Virus record (IMG/VR): IMGVR_UViG_3300005686_000008
Direction: 5' to 3' (one strand)
Length of the DNA stretch: 64,000 bases
DNA from: a virus
Lineage: Duplodnaviria; Caudoviricetes
The position numbers were made by a program, and so were the translations under genes. A model generated the notes under the pieces. The model was not told the DNA's origin. It saw nothing but the letters and a program-made list of their open reading frames with translations, and searched no databases. Shown one piece after another: positions 22,701-31,786 of this stretch (its first letter is position 1; the number at the start of each line of letters is the position of its first letter).

Positions 22701-25700
22701 GTTGCCTTGGGAAGTTGTGTTGTTATAGAAGGAAAAGCTTATATTATTGGAGGTATAAGAAAGATTGGGCAAAGCGGAAGCATAGATGCTCTAAATGATA
22801 GAATACTTGTATTTGATTTTGATACTTTGACTTGGAGTTGGAGCGATGCGTTTACTGGTGGTGATTTGACGCTTTATGCAAGGGTTTCTCCGTTTATATT
22901 TGCAGATTCAGATGGAACGAGAATTCATGTTATTGGCGGCGCTGTTCCTGGAGAATTGAATGCAGAGACAGGAGAACAGCCTCTTGAGTTTATAACTGAT
23001 ACCTTTGTTATAGACGTATCAAACTTATCAATATCTTTGGATGATTACTTGTTTGATCAGATTCCTATTCCAAGATATAGAGGAATGTCAGCAAGCATTG
23101 TTGATCATCACTATTTCTTAGGCGGAACAAATTCTAAATCTCAAGTTCTTAATCTTGTTGATCGTATTGGAGAAGATTCTCCAACATATTCATATGATAG
23201 TATTTCTAGAATGCTTACTGCTCGAACGGCGTTCGGCGGAACAAGTGATAACTGGAGATATTTGTATGTATGTGGAGGAATTACGAGCGGAAGGCCAAAA
23301 GGTTTCTTGCAGATTAATGCTTCTGTAAGTCCTTCTAATATACTTTTGGATGGAAAGCAATCCGCTACTGTTTCTATTGAATTGTTAAATGATGTTGGAG
23401 AGAGGCCAACACAGTCTATTAGAGTCCTTGTCCAGGGTGTTCTTCTGTTCCCTGATTCAACAACAACAAGTAATGAAACAAGCGGCGGCGATAATTCTCA
23501 ACAGCAATCAGAAGATTCTGCTCTTAGAGATGCTCTTGTATATCCTGTTGTGTTTAGTTCTAATGACTTCTATATTTATGATGGAATTGGTTCTACTGTT
23601 ATGTTACCAAGAGCAGATGATATACTCAAGAAAATTTCCGAGATAAAAGAAAAGCTTGGCATTACAGATCAACAAGTTGCAGGCGAAGGAGGAAGCGACG
23701 GCAATACGACCTTGAAGATAAATGAGGGAGAGGTTAGAAATCCTTATTCTATTATGGTTCGTATAACTGTTTTGGATAGCTTCTTTTACGGACAAACAGT
23801 TGTTGATGTAAAAGATAATCAAGATTCAACTCAAACTCCTCCGCCAGAACAACCTGCCGAACCTTCTCCAACAGATCCGTCTCCGTCTGAACCAACAAAT
23901 CCAACTGAGCCAGTTGTTGAGTTTGAGGGCTGTAGGAGCGTTGAGGGAAGTCAGACCGTTCCGCCAAGTGATAATCAGCAAACGAATGACCCCGGTAGAG
24001 ATAATGAAAATAATCAAACAATAGATCAGTCCTTGAAAGATAAAGACAATCCTGTGTTTGATCTAAATCCTCCTCAAACTCCTCAACTATCAAGTCCTAC
24101 GGTTTATTATTTCAGCGATATAGAATGGATACCGCAAGTCGTTGTTCATGTAAACAACGGTGAATATTCTGATATGATACAAAGTCTATCAAGAATTGAA
24201 AATGAGATTCCATTTGGTGCATCTCCTTTGTATGATGCTCTTATCAAGAATGCCGAAATCATGCTTGATGAAGACCTTGATAGATATGTTAAGGTTATAT
24301 ATCTCAATACTGATAATGAAGAAAATTTATCTATTAACACTATAGATACGGCTATACAAGATATTCAGGCTATAGATGGCTATGGCAAGACCCCTGTTAT
24401 AACTAGTAATTTCTCTGTCGTTTTCCCTGTTACTCTTTCTTCTCTTGTTGCTAGAACAGATACAGATTCTCTTGAAAAGATTGCAAGCGAAACTGGAGGA
24501 CAAAGCCAGACGGTTTTGGATGCATCTTTTGTAGATGAAGTTCTTAATAATACCATAGGAAGAGTTGAAGGTTCTATTGGTTGGGGTCTCTATGAGTGCG
24601 TTATTGATCTTGGGAATATAAGTATCATAAATGCTATAACTTTAGACTACGAGCTTTATCCTAATACAGATGGAAACTGGAAGATATCTACTAGTGATGA
24701 TGGATTTAACTATTCAGATTACAGCGATGCTTTCAATCCTAATACAGAAGTTTCGTTTACCAATGTAAGCGGAAGATTCATCAAGTTTAAGGTTAATCTT
24801 TTGAGCGGTTTGAGTTCTTATATTGAAAATGAATACGACCTTATCCCGACGCCAGGAGTTCCTGCTCTTACGGGAATAAACATTCAGTATAGTGTTCCTA
24901 CTGAAAGCTTCATATATTTCAATAATCATACAACAGATTTTAGTCCTCAACAGATTGCTGTTTCTGTATCAGCAAATAAACCAGACTTAAGTACGATAGA
25001 AGTTGGAGCAACAACGAGTAGTTCGTATAACTGGAAGGACTACTATAGTGGTTCTCAACCTTATGTTGATAGGTTTGGAAAGATCTTTATTCCAATACGT
25101 TATGAGCAAGAGAATGACTCGTCTCTTAATGAATCTTTGGAAAATATAGATGGATTCATGTGGAGAGCAAAATATGGCAAGTGGGATGTTTCGTCGAGGG
25201 TTACAATCCTTGATGAAGATCTAAATACGGTAGATCCTGCAACCTACGCTGTTTATCCAAATGAAGGATTTATAGTATTCAACTCTAAAAAGGTTGGTTC
25301 GTTCTTTATATCTATTGAGAACGCCGGCAATCTAAGACTTGGAGTTAGAATACTCAATATGGATTCTAATAATCCGGTTATAATTGACGGTTTAGGATAT
25401 ATGTACAACACGAATGTTTTCTTGCCTCCTCCTCTATCGCAAAGACCTCCAGTTGTGTCTGACTTTAGAGTTATTCCTTCCCAGCTTACGCTTTATCAAT
25501 CTGTTGGCCTTACTTATAAATTCTTTGATATCAATCAGAGACAAGAAGACAAATCTCAAACGCAGATTCGTTGGTATATTAATGGAGTTGAAATAGAGTA
25601 CCTAAGAGACCTAAGAGAGTGGAATAACATAAACAACACTAATGATCCTATATGGACTTATGCCTTCTCGTTTAGGCCTGATGAAGTTCCTGCTGGAACT

Positions 25701-26501
25701 AGCTATGAACAGTATGCAAGAGAAAAAGAAGAAAGCATACTTAAGGTTGGAGATTTTGTTTACGCTACAATAAGAGCGAGCGATGGCGTTTTGTTTGGCG
25801 ATACTATTCGTTCTCCATCGGTTACTGTTATAGAGGCTCCTCCATCTATAGTAACTATAGCGATTAAGGGAAAGAAGAACGACGGAACGGTTTCTGATAA
25901 TGTAACTACAGCAACAAGGGCTTTTGCGGAATATTCTTTATTCCAAGACGGAAGCGGAAAAACCAAATCAGTCATTATATGGTATGTAAATGGCGTAGAG
26001 TTTAAGAGAGGCAATTTGGGCGAAACGGTTAGCGGTTTCTCTAATGATGAAATTCTTGTTGGAGAGGTTAGAAATAATGTTGTTGGAATAACAATGGGTA
26101 ATGTTCTAGAAGTAACTATTGTTCCAGCCTCTGGGGATATCATAGGAAATCCAGTAACAAGCGCTGCGGTTTCTGTAGAAAACGATCCTCCTTCTGTAAG
26201 GAATGTAACAGTATCTCCTAATCCAACAGCGCCGTCATCTTCTGCTCTTCAGGTAACTTATACATATGTTGATGTTGAATCTCAGGTCCAGGGTTCTACT
26301 CAGAATGATCAAAGTTCAATTAAGTGGTTTAGGGCAGTAAGAGGTTCTTCAACCTTTGAGGAAGTTACATCATTGCAGAACACAAGAATTATTGCAGCAA
26401 CAAACACTTCTTCAGGTCAGAAATGGAAAGCACAAATAATACCGTTTGATGGAGTTAGTGTAGGACAATCGGTTGACAGTAATACAGTCGAAATAGTTTA
26501 G
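16728..26501 (+). CDS. Giant multidomain virion protein (vWA, LamG/ConA, FN3, Kelch propeller, Ig-like repeats)
   Basis: MIDAS motif VMDQSGSM; LamG motifs GLWHLNE, FMAWVYP, WNHVAVT; six Kelch GG motifs (LYAIGG, IYVFGG, AYIIGG, IHVIGG, HYFLGG, LYVCGG); three C-terminal PP.V...S/T.I.W(Y/F) Ig-like repeats. Confidence 0.75.
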   Translation: MTLTKASVFIRTVGSTDSSAAFSIPQTGYVAFDAANFYKLEQGDPSVVFEVDANGSYGSGALHVEPIQSRTNYPVITYPVIAEKAGKYNVFIRVKTGTSVSSFTFDILIDGFSSSTETRTVTPGNWSWIETTIVVKDDRRFDLSIKPQTADSYIDSFIITSEAIPSSIEYQSKFLTLHFRMFEMNSSMLPGSSLPIYGFKTTIDEIKDDNWYNFALDPLPGYSSISFDMHYVASLFVSGISDSLYLIWDYASNEETVFDPYNVTCSLLYDSESEEWLLDCEKSYAIKFYSHRDAIDENACKIIVPASALATNRTQKFDTASLEPLFAQTKIATVDNESNKVELSLPDRLLSVVMDQSGSMSWNDSQGLRHTLTRRMVDRLEATYPGEVKYNLLSLGSTPIKINFFAVVENDQINTSNTSAVATSFFADQESGYAGVRIIRKKGSYPTGPLDGEIVTEGFVERAFDDELEEGEEYFYAAYTFDSNQVFSNGRFLTATPRVKLPPRGVGGFTYRVITGSGIKRDENTIGLWHLNESVGQSAYDFSDNPITLNSSFDNLVWLNKNDVPSGISGIRFDGNSTRIFGYDGDGKLVQTKYTFMAWVYPFDFVDKRTIISRETPSLDKMTFRFGTNTDGTLYLTMDDLTFASSSGTLTSNAWNHVAVTVDLDTLTATFYINGEASGNGSVATLGFHSIESMDIYIGGKTSSFFGKITEVSVHDVVRPSSYIYSASIVPEDWNDKVLDNGDRIVALRFSVPDDYNFPGGKVLIIRKEEVGSGNFEYVTPTNSDGTVGDPVLVFNGFGEKPSNETDGVAVYNENASAGEHTVILPYDYVHGRVYDFRIYSQSAIGNYSLSSDSPILSITIPTFANRDARNAAISTPFVNSVGNVQIRAGNHKSYLTWNAINDDVTDQVLVFWSDTGPPIINNDQGVSSSAMLVYSGNPSESSFVDRNIENEIVNYYAVIAADRYGNFSAPVYVSTVPLNSADETDIPLLETKQFRYEVVNENAISLAWDAPVKFQKEIEAWFDQRVALYAQITDEYGAAIADSSRIKFDAKATVSSAQLAEDVFGETINYTTLTPEAKNCFALSSSDMGDGFIKGIFRMTSDQDVLSAINTLSATIYVSYTIPDRENPSVNVFEFTSLPIQIEMQNPFTMEMINIGDNTTNFGTNTSIGLRKKSRRRRSSSSSVADPTVDNNPIVGADMVKILCKQTVPLDNQEFISTGGLLFDPNKFKEFDGCWIRRTRPFVARVVVTYRGQSLPGGADCNAAVFEASDPQCDPEDNSDSNPCSQTGSGSSRQPPFEPSFSTRRSRAVQPPATSIPLRTGLQRLNDGTTRQVSYADIPLRAPRSPQAVMLFGKVSFNGYSSRKKQYIVFENILRVETTIEPPESNCIDVSEQRANVYMIDPDSPNVDNPRKIPVPNQQVVRWSLRKGRNSKDRPFYSSDNVPTGPGVFSYTRSGTARNVFFGPACGVTWELYIPCPGNIIYLPEMYAIKASVVYDGLSAFEERPAIIYPPSFGGRGFGSRFLMDMPQYVNPLYADGYDLVRCTIYHDPNIAGGTTAGCFRQCAENASRPIFVLDNGQIVDIESGNDFEILHGENLEIVYDEDLGENVVNNANQSIGFAQIPLSQEGNTTVFYFRINKFLGRPQSSASSDDGSENNQTVNSCECIEVPPGLAKKKDLSIVNGRTTINFNGETRYLRGGGDLKTGVPPTTIDLKEPLDIFVVDIRRDGQSVNKILCDGVAVHEFVLEVKFKENPVPNGTPVFLTVAGKNPEKIILQSDTIYTSKADPDEQGRIKSYASFFVAPFGPESAFEAQVQAETKYDKRGDVERSMTCCVTIKYDPSQKKEEEVVDKPEGEINNVFNASLDVYDTYNDTWVTKSSMQHPRGCLTLNWMPEAYSDTLYAIGGLNGKSVLSYNEMYDTASDIWVSKTSMGTPRFYHMSAEDGNYIYVFGGITVDGSDLLVTSSVERYNVYTDTWEDLPDMPVFDQNTYGVALGSCVVIEGKAYIIGGIRKIGQSGSIDALNDRILVFDFDTLTWSWSDAFTGGDLTLYARVSPFIFADSDGTRIHVIGGAVPGELNAETGEQPLEFITDTFVIDVSNLSISLDDYLFDQIPIPRYRGMSASIVDHHYFLGGTNSKSQVLNLVDRIGEDSPTYSYDSISRMLTARTAFGGTSDNWRYLYVCGGITSGRPKGFLQINASVSPSNILLDGKQSATVSIELLNDVGERPTQSIRVLVQGVLLFPDSTTTSNETSGGDNSQQQSEDSALRDALVYPVVFSSNDFYIYDGIGSTVMLPRADDILKKISEIKEKLGITDQQVAGEGGSDGNTTLKINEGEVRNPYSIMVRITVLDSFFYGQTVVDVKDNQDSTQTPPPEQPAEPSPTDPSPSEPTNPTEPVVEFEGCRSVEGSQTVPPSDNQQTNDPGRDNENNQTIDQSLKDKDNPVFDLNPPQTPQLSSPTVYYFSDIEWIPQVVVHVNNGEYSDMIQSLSRIENEIPFGASPLYDALIKNAEIMLDEDLDRYVKVIYLNTDNEENLSINTIDTAIQDIQAIDGYGKTPVITSNFSVVFPVTLSSLVARTDTDSLEKIASETGGQSQTVLDASFVDEVLNNTIGRVEGSIGWGLYECVIDLGNISIINAITLDYELYPNTDGNWKISTSDDGFNYSDYSDAFNPNTEVSFTNVSGRFIKFKVNLLSGLSSYIENEYDLIPTPGVPALTGINIQYSVPTESFIYFNNHTTDFSPQQIAVSVSANKPDLSTIEVGATTSSSYNWKDYYSGSQPYVDRFGKIFIPIRYEQENDSSLNESLENIDGFMWRAKYGKWDVSSRVTILDEDLNTVDPATYAVYPNEGFIVFNSKKVGSFFISIENAGNLRLGVRILNMDSNNPVIIDGLGYMYNTNVFLPPPLSQRPPVVSDFRVIPSQLTLYQSVGLTYKFFDINQRQEDKSQTQIRWYINGVEIEYLRDLREWNNINNTNDPIWTYAFSFRPDEVPAGTSYEQYAREKEESILKVGDFVYATIRASDGVLFGDTIRSPSVTVIEAPPSIVTIAIKGKKNDGTVSDNVTTATRAFAEYSLFQDGSGKTKSVIIWYVNGVEFKRGNLGETVSGFSNDEILVGEVRNNVVGITMGNVLEVTIVPASGDIIGNPVTSAAVSVENDPPSVRNVTVSPNPTAPSSSALQVTYTYVDVESQVQGSTQNDQSSIKWFRAVRGSSTFEEVTSLQNTRIIAATNTSSGQKWKAQIIPFDGVSVGQSVDSNTVEIV

Positions 26502-26513
26502 TGGAGATAAAAT

Positions 26514-26711
26514 ATGGCAAAGAAAGTAAAGAAAACGAAGCTCTTGCAGACAAAAAAAGCGATGAGAGAAGAGCTTTCTTATTTAGGAAATGACTGTGAA
26601 ATGATATCGCAGATATCAGGTGTATCTTTGGATAAGATCAAGAAATTCTGCCAAACAGGTGAAATTTCTGATAATGATCTTCTAAAATTGGATAAAGTCA
26701 ACAGAATGTGA
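26514..26711 (+). CDS. Small hypothetical protein, possible HTH
   Basis: GGAG SD before ATG; ISQISGVSLDKIKKF resembles a helix-turn-helix. Confidence 0.5.
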   Translation: MAKKVKKTKLLQTKKAMREELSYLGNDCEMISQISGVSLDKIKKFCQTGEISDNDLLKLDKVNRM

Positions 26712-26714
26712 AAA

Positions 26715-27422
26715 ATGGATAGAAGAACCACAATTGTCGTTTTGTCATATAACGGCAAAGACTTGACGAAAAAATTCCTTGAACTTCTGTTCGAGCATAC
26801 TCCCGAATTCAAGCTGATTATGATAGACAACTGTTCTACAGATGGAACGGTTGACTATCTTATTGAAGCAGTAAAACAGAGAGAGGCTGACTCAACGCTT
26901 GTTCTAAATAATATGAATACAGGTGTTATAGGCGGCAGAAATATGGGATATGTTTTATTCCAATCTGATCCGTCTGAGTTTCTTTGTTTTCTTGATAATG
27001 ATCAGTTTGTTCGTTCTGGTTGGCTTGAACAGTATCACGAATTCATGAATAAAGGTAACTATGATGTTATAGGAGCAGACGCTTGGCTTATGGACTCTTC
27101 TTTTATGCCAAGACGAAATTGCAAGAGACAGGGAGAGCCATATTCCTATGTTGGTTGTGGAGGAATGATGGTTAAAAAAGCAGTGGTCGATACAATAGGT
27201 CTGTTTGATGAACAGTTTAATCCTGCATACTTCGAAGATCCAGATTTCAACTTTAGAGCTAGAGAGGCCGGGTTCAAGATAGGATGGAATTCTTTGGCAA
27301 AAGTGGATCACCTTCCTCATCAAACTCTTGGCAAGAATGCGGACAGAATGAAGATTTTTGCGCAAAGTTATGAGAAGTTCAAGAAGAAATGGAATGGTAA
27401 AACATTCCAGCCACTAAGATGA
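26715..27422 (+). CDS. Glycosyltransferase family 2
   Basis: IVVLSYN, IDNCSTDGT, FLDND, GLFDEQF..YFEDPDF motifs. Confidence 0.9.
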   Translation: MDRRTTIVVLSYNGKDLTKKFLELLFEHTPEFKLIMIDNCSTDGTVDYLIEAVKQREADSTLVLNNMNTGVIGGRNMGYVLFQSDPSEFLCFLDNDQFVRSGWLEQYHEFMNKGNYDVIGADAWLMDSSFMPRRNCKRQGEPYSYVGCGGMMVKKAVVDTIGLFDEQFNPAYFEDPDFNFRAREAGFKIGWNSLAKVDHLPHQTLGKNADRMKIFAQSYEKFKKKWNGKTFQPLR

Positions 27423-27423
27423 T

Positions 27424-28542
27424 ATGAAACTGGCGGTGTGTACAAATTTTGCCCAACCCTTCCACACTGGCGGTGCGGAAAGGATAGTTCAACAGATAAC
27501 AGAGCATTTGGTTTCTGTTGGACATTCTTGTACAGTATTTAGTCAACATGGCAAGTCTCAAGTTACTCATAATGGAGTAACTGTTTGTCCTATTGGCTCC
27601 TTTGGCGAAGAGCAGTTTATTCATAGAATGCAAATTGAGAATTTTGATCATCTATTTGTATATAGCGATTGGTTTTTCATGTGGCCGGTTATACTAAAGA
27701 ATATAGTAAATCTTCCTATGAAGAAAAGTATTGCTCTTGTTGGCATGAATAGGATGAGGTCCGTATTACCTCAAAATAAGGTCATTGCTGACCTTTTTCG
27801 TAAAAATCATGCATCTTTTTCTGTTTTAGCCCATGCTAAGAACTATATAGATGCTGTTACTTGCGAAGAATGGGGAATTCCTGTAAGTATTATACATAAC
27901 TCGATAGACCTAAATGAATTTGTTAAGACTGATTTTGATTTCAAGCAGCATTATGGAATAAAAACGCCAAAAATGCTGCTTTGTGTATCAAATTTCTTCC
28001 CAGGTAAAGGACAAGAATTCCTTCCTGGAATCATACAAAAATTAGCAAGTAAACATAAAGATTTTACGTTTGTTTTTATCTCTTCAACGCTTGCTTTTGA
28101 ACCTGGAAATAGACTCAGAACCCTTGTTAAGGACATGTGCGACAAGAAAGGTCTCCCGGTTAAGTTTTTGAACGATATTCCTCGGTCGCATGTTGTTCAA
28201 TCTTATTTTGCATGCGATGGTTTTGTTTTTCCGTCGCAACAAGAGTGTGGGCCGATTGTAGTTCTTGAGGCTATGGCTGCCGGAAAGCCTTGGGTTGCTC
28301 TTGGGGTTGGTCATATTCCAGAACTTAAGGGCGGGTTCTTTGTTGAATCTCCTATAGATAGTAAAGGCATGATGAAGTTTGATATGACAGTTGCTCGTTT
28401 TTTTGAAGACAAGATGGCTTCTATCCTTGCCGATAATTTGATAAGAAATAGGAATGGCGAAGGAAGAAAAAACATAGAAGAGTCATATAACTGGGACATT
28501 ATTAAAAAACAGTATGAAGATTTCTTCTCGGTAAAAATGTAA
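27424..28542 (+). CDS. Glycosyltransferase family 4 (GT-B)
   Basis: GGAER, FPGKGQ, FVFPSQQECGPIVVLEAMAAGKP, YNWD motifs. Confidence 0.9.
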   Translation: MKLAVCTNFAQPFHTGGAERIVQQITEHLVSVGHSCTVFSQHGKSQVTHNGVTVCPIGSFGEEQFIHRMQIENFDHLFVYSDWFFMWPVILKNIVNLPMKKSIALVGMNRMRSVLPQNKVIADLFRKNHASFSVLAHAKNYIDAVTCEEWGIPVSIIHNSIDLNEFVKTDFDFKQHYGIKTPKMLLCVSNFFPGKGQEFLPGIIQKLASKHKDFTFVFISSTLAFEPGNRLRTLVKDMCDKKGLPVKFLNDIPRSHVVQSYFACDGFVFPSQQECGPIVVLEAMAAGKPWVALGVGHIPELKGGFFVESPIDSKGMMKFDMTVARFFEDKMASILADNLIRNRNGEGRKNIEESYNWDIIKKQYEDFFSVKM

Positions 28543-29268
28543 ATGCCAAAAATTAGCGTAATAACTCCTGCATATAACTGCGAAAAATTCATACAAGAAT
28601 CTGTATCTTCGATTCTTAGTCAGTCATTTTCTGACTATGAATTGATTATAATTAATGATGGTTCTTCTGATAGAACGGCTGATATTATTTCAGAATTCAA
28701 GGACAACAGAATAAGGTTTGTTAATCATTCTGAAAACAAAGGGGTAATGCTTAGGTCTAAAGAAGCAATAGATTTATCTGTCGGAGAATATATTGCGATA
28801 CATGATGCTGATGATGTTAGTATGTCTAATAGACTTGAGTTGCAAGTTAAGTTTTTGGATAGTAATCCTGAAATCTTTTGCGTTGGCGGAAGAGCTAAAA
28901 AGATAGACGTTGGCGGTAAACTCATTGGAGAATGGGACTTTCCTCCATTAACACACAAAGATATTGTTGCGTTATTGGTGATTTATGGGAAATGCCCAAT
29001 GATTAATCCGACTACGATGTATAGAAAGCATGAATACTACCAGTTATCGGGGTATTCTCCCGATAATTCAATGAAATCCGCTCATGATCTAGATTTTTGG
29101 TGTAGAGCGATTGTCGGAGGAAAGAAGTTTGCAAATATTACAGATTACCTTATCAAGTATAGGGTAAACCCTGACGGAATGACTAGAAAAAACAAGATTG
29201 CTCAAGTTTCTGACCACATGAAGATTATGAATGATCTTAGAAAGAGGATGAAAGATGTCAAATTTTAA
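28543..29268 (+). CDS. Glycosyltransferase family 2
   Basis: ISVITPAYN, INDGSSD, IHDADD, RLELQ motifs. Confidence 0.9.
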   Translation: MPKISVITPAYNCEKFIQESVSSILSQSFSDYELIIINDGSSDRTADIISEFKDNRIRFVNHSENKGVMLRSKEAIDLSVGEYIAIHDADDVSMSNRLELQVKFLDSNPEIFCVGGRAKKIDVGGKLIGEWDFPPLTHKDIVALLVIYGKCPMINPTTMYRKHEYYQLSGYSPDNSMKSAHDLDFWCRAIVGGKKFANITDYLIKYRVNPDGMTRKNKIAQVSDHMKIMNDLRKRMKDVKF

Positions 29269-30454
29269 TGGAAGAAAATGGACTGATACAGAACTCGAAA
29301 CCTTGTATACAGAGAGACTTAAGGGTACTCCATATAAGGTTTTGTCTCGAATGCTGAACAGGTCTGTTGATTCTCTTGAGAAGAAATTCAATCAAGATAC
29401 TGATTGGACTAAGTACAATTTTCATTGCCCAGAGTACGAGGAAGGAAGAGCGGATACGTTACTTGAGGCTGCGCAAAAACGAGACCTAAGTATAAGTAAG
29501 AATCTTGATAAGTATAGACTTCAAGCTGATATTATTGGAGATAGGCTTGTTGAAGCATCTAGACGCCTTCCAGAAGTTCCTCCGCCGCTATACAAGAAGC
29601 CCAATAAAGATGAGAAGAGAACTGACGAAGATATGGTTCTCGTTTTTAGCGATCTTCATATAGGTCATGAACATACTCTTGAGGAAACTGGCGGTCTTTC
29701 TGAGTACAATCTTGAGATCTTTCTTCAGAGAATGGAAAACCTCAAGAAGGCCATAACCGATATTTATGAACTTCATTCGAAGCTTTACAAAATACCAAGA
29801 TTGCATATTCTATCGCTTGGAGATATTGTTGACGGAGCTAATACTGCTGGCGCTTGGTCTCCTGTTTGGATTAATACTCCAATATTGGATCAAGTAATGA
29901 TAGGATATAGAGCCGTTAGCGACTTTATTTATTACATGCTGAGCTTATTCGAGGAAGTTGAGTTCTATGCGTTGTATGGTAATCATGGAAGGATTGCGCC
30001 AAGCGGAGCAGAGAAAAAGTATAATAACTTTGATCTTTTCTGTTACAAATATATAGAGACTGAGTTTAGGAATCAACCTAGATTCAAGATGCATACAACT
30101 AAGAGTTGGTGGATGATTCAAGAGATACAGAACCACAAGTTTCTTTTGGTTCACGGCGATGATATGAAGCCCAAAAATCCTCCCATTTTGTCTCTTATGG
30201 ACTTAGAGAAGAGGATGTCTGGAATAACAGGAATTATCCCTGATTATACCGTTTGCGGACACTTCCATAATTGTTCAGAATATACTACTCATAGCGGTAA
30301 GGCTCTCATGAATGGCTCGTTTGTTGGGGCTGATGTTTATTCGTTATCTAACAATATGCCCGGCAATATTCCAGAACAGAAGCTGTTCGGAATCCATCCC
30401 ACAGTTGGCCTTACTTGGACTTATAATGTAAACCTGAATCATCAAAGGAAATAA
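29255..30454 (+). CDS. Calcineurin-like metallophosphoesterase with N-terminal HTH-like domain
   Basis: SDLHIG, LGDIVDG, GNHGR, VHGD, GHFH metal-binding motifs; N-terminal WTDTELE...LSRMLNRS. Confidence 0.85.
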   Translation: MSNFNGRKWTDTELETLYTERLKGTPYKVLSRMLNRSVDSLEKKFNQDTDWTKYNFHCPEYEEGRADTLLEAAQKRDLSISKNLDKYRLQADIIGDRLVEASRRLPEVPPPLYKKPNKDEKRTDEDMVLVFSDLHIGHEHTLEETGGLSEYNLEIFLQRMENLKKAITDIYELHSKLYKIPRLHILSLGDIVDGANTAGAWSPVWINTPILDQVMIGYRAVSDFIYYMLSLFEEVEFYALYGNHGRIAPSGAEKKYNNFDLFCYKYIETEFRNQPRFKMHTTKSWWMIQEIQNHKFLLVHGDDMKPKNPPILSLMDLEKRMSGITGIIPDYTVCGHFHNCSEYTTHSGKALMNGSFVGADVYSLSNNMPGNIPEQKLFGIHPTVGLTWTYNVNLNHQRK

Positions 30455-30478
30455 GAGCAAAACTTAGTATATATAAGC

Positions 30479-31522
30479 ATGAGCAAAAGAATAAGCGATT
30501 TTATCATAGTTACGAAGGCGCTACAGATATTATGTAAGCGTTTAGATTGTGATTTTGTAGATTTGCCAGTTGTTTTTGATGAAGATGTCCCTCATGCCTG
30601 CTTTAGGGAAGGGGTAATCTTAATCCCTAATATGCCATCTGTTTTAGATACTATGGCAGATATATATTCCGTATATGTAAACGCTTTGGGCGAGATTTGC
30701 GGAAGGAACATAGATAGTCTTGATTCTAGATTTTCATTGATGAAGTATTTCATGTCAATGATTAGAGATTTCAAGACAGAGTATGGCAGTAAAGAAAAGG
30801 ATACTGGCAAGAATCTTCAAATGAGACTTGATCAATTCCATGTTACATGGATGTTACTTAAGAACATTTTCTGTCCTTATAAGAGTATAGAACTCAAAAA
30901 TGTTAGAATAGTAGCAAAGCATTCTTCAGAGTTTGATGCTGTTATTAAGTCAGAACACGACGGCGAACCGTATCTTTTTGTAAATCTTGATATTGAAAGA
31001 GAGTCTGTTAGGGCTGCTTTTTTACTTGTAGAAGCGCTTAGAATAATGTTGAAACCAGAAGACTCTCCAGAGTCGGTTATAAGAGAAATGCTTTCTAACT
31101 TCTTTATGAAAGATAGAATAGTTGATTTTCTTGGGGTTTCTCTTGGTAGCGATGAGGAAGTTGCAAGTTTCTTAGGCGTTTTATCTGTTATTTGTCAATC
31201 TCAAGATATAGAAGATATGGCATTGGGAGTGAAAAAGGGAGATTCTCTAAAAACCGCTCAGTTTTCTCCTATGACTGGTAACTTCTGGTTCCTTGGATTA
31301 ACCGAAAAGATGTTAGATTCAGTAAGAGGTTCCGACTGGTCCACAACAGAAAGTTTGAAGGATTTTAGTAAGGGGCTTTGGGATAAGGTGGAAGAAGAGA
31401 GAAGAGCAAGGGGTATATCCGAACTTCCATTTGAACTTCTTCTTAGAGTTCAAAGTGAAGATTTGGTTGTATCGCCGAATGCCACATTGCAAGAATTGTT
31501 GTCCAAGACAAGAGTGTGGTGA
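30479..31522 (+). CDS. Hypothetical protein
   Basis: Intact 347 aa ORF in the co-directional array; no family recognised. Confidence 0.6.
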   Translation: MSKRISDFIIVTKALQILCKRLDCDFVDLPVVFDEDVPHACFREGVILIPNMPSVLDTMADIYSVYVNALGEICGRNIDSLDSRFSLMKYFMSMIRDFKTEYGSKEKDTGKNLQMRLDQFHVTWMLLKNIFCPYKSIELKNVRIVAKHSSEFDAVIKSEHDGEPYLFVNLDIERESVRAAFLLVEALRIMLKPEDSPESVIREMLSNFFMKDRIVDFLGVSLGSDEEVASFLGVLSVICQSQDIEDMALGVKKGDSLKTAQFSPMTGNFWFLGLTEKMLDSVRGSDWSTTESLKDFSKGLWDKVEEERRARGISELPFELLLRVQSEDLVVSPNATLQELLSKTRVW

Positions 31523-31534
31523 TGGAGAAATAAT

Positions 31535-31786
31535 ATGCCAGATGAAGTAAACTATAATGGAATGACGGAAGAAGATTTTCTAAAGGTTATTGTTGCAAGG
31601 GTTCAAAAGCACTTGAACAATGCAGAGAATACTCTTCCAATGCTTAGAAATGGGCAGTTTATAGATGCATTTTATAGAGTTGGAGCAAGTAAAGAAGGCT
31701 TATCCAGCTTGCTTAATATCTCAAATCAGAGGTTGCAGTATTTGCTTGCAAGGAACAATCCTAGTGAAAACAATACTAACAAATAG
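31535..31786 (+). CDS. Hypothetical protein
   Basis: GGAG SD plus ATG; 83 aa. Confidence 0.6.
   Translation: MPDEVNYNGMTEEDFLKVIVARVQKHLNNAENTLPMLRNGQFIDAFYRVGASKEGLSSLLNISNQRLQYLLARNNPSENNTNK

Noticed and set aside
23834-23912. Pro-rich PEPS/PT repeat-like stretch
   Set aside because: Ordinary low-complexity inter-domain linker without a clean nucleotide repeat
30443-30478. Possible second promoter class (AAAGGA...GTATATATAAG) before ORF 30479
   Set aside because: Only one instance found in this window, so no consensus can be supported
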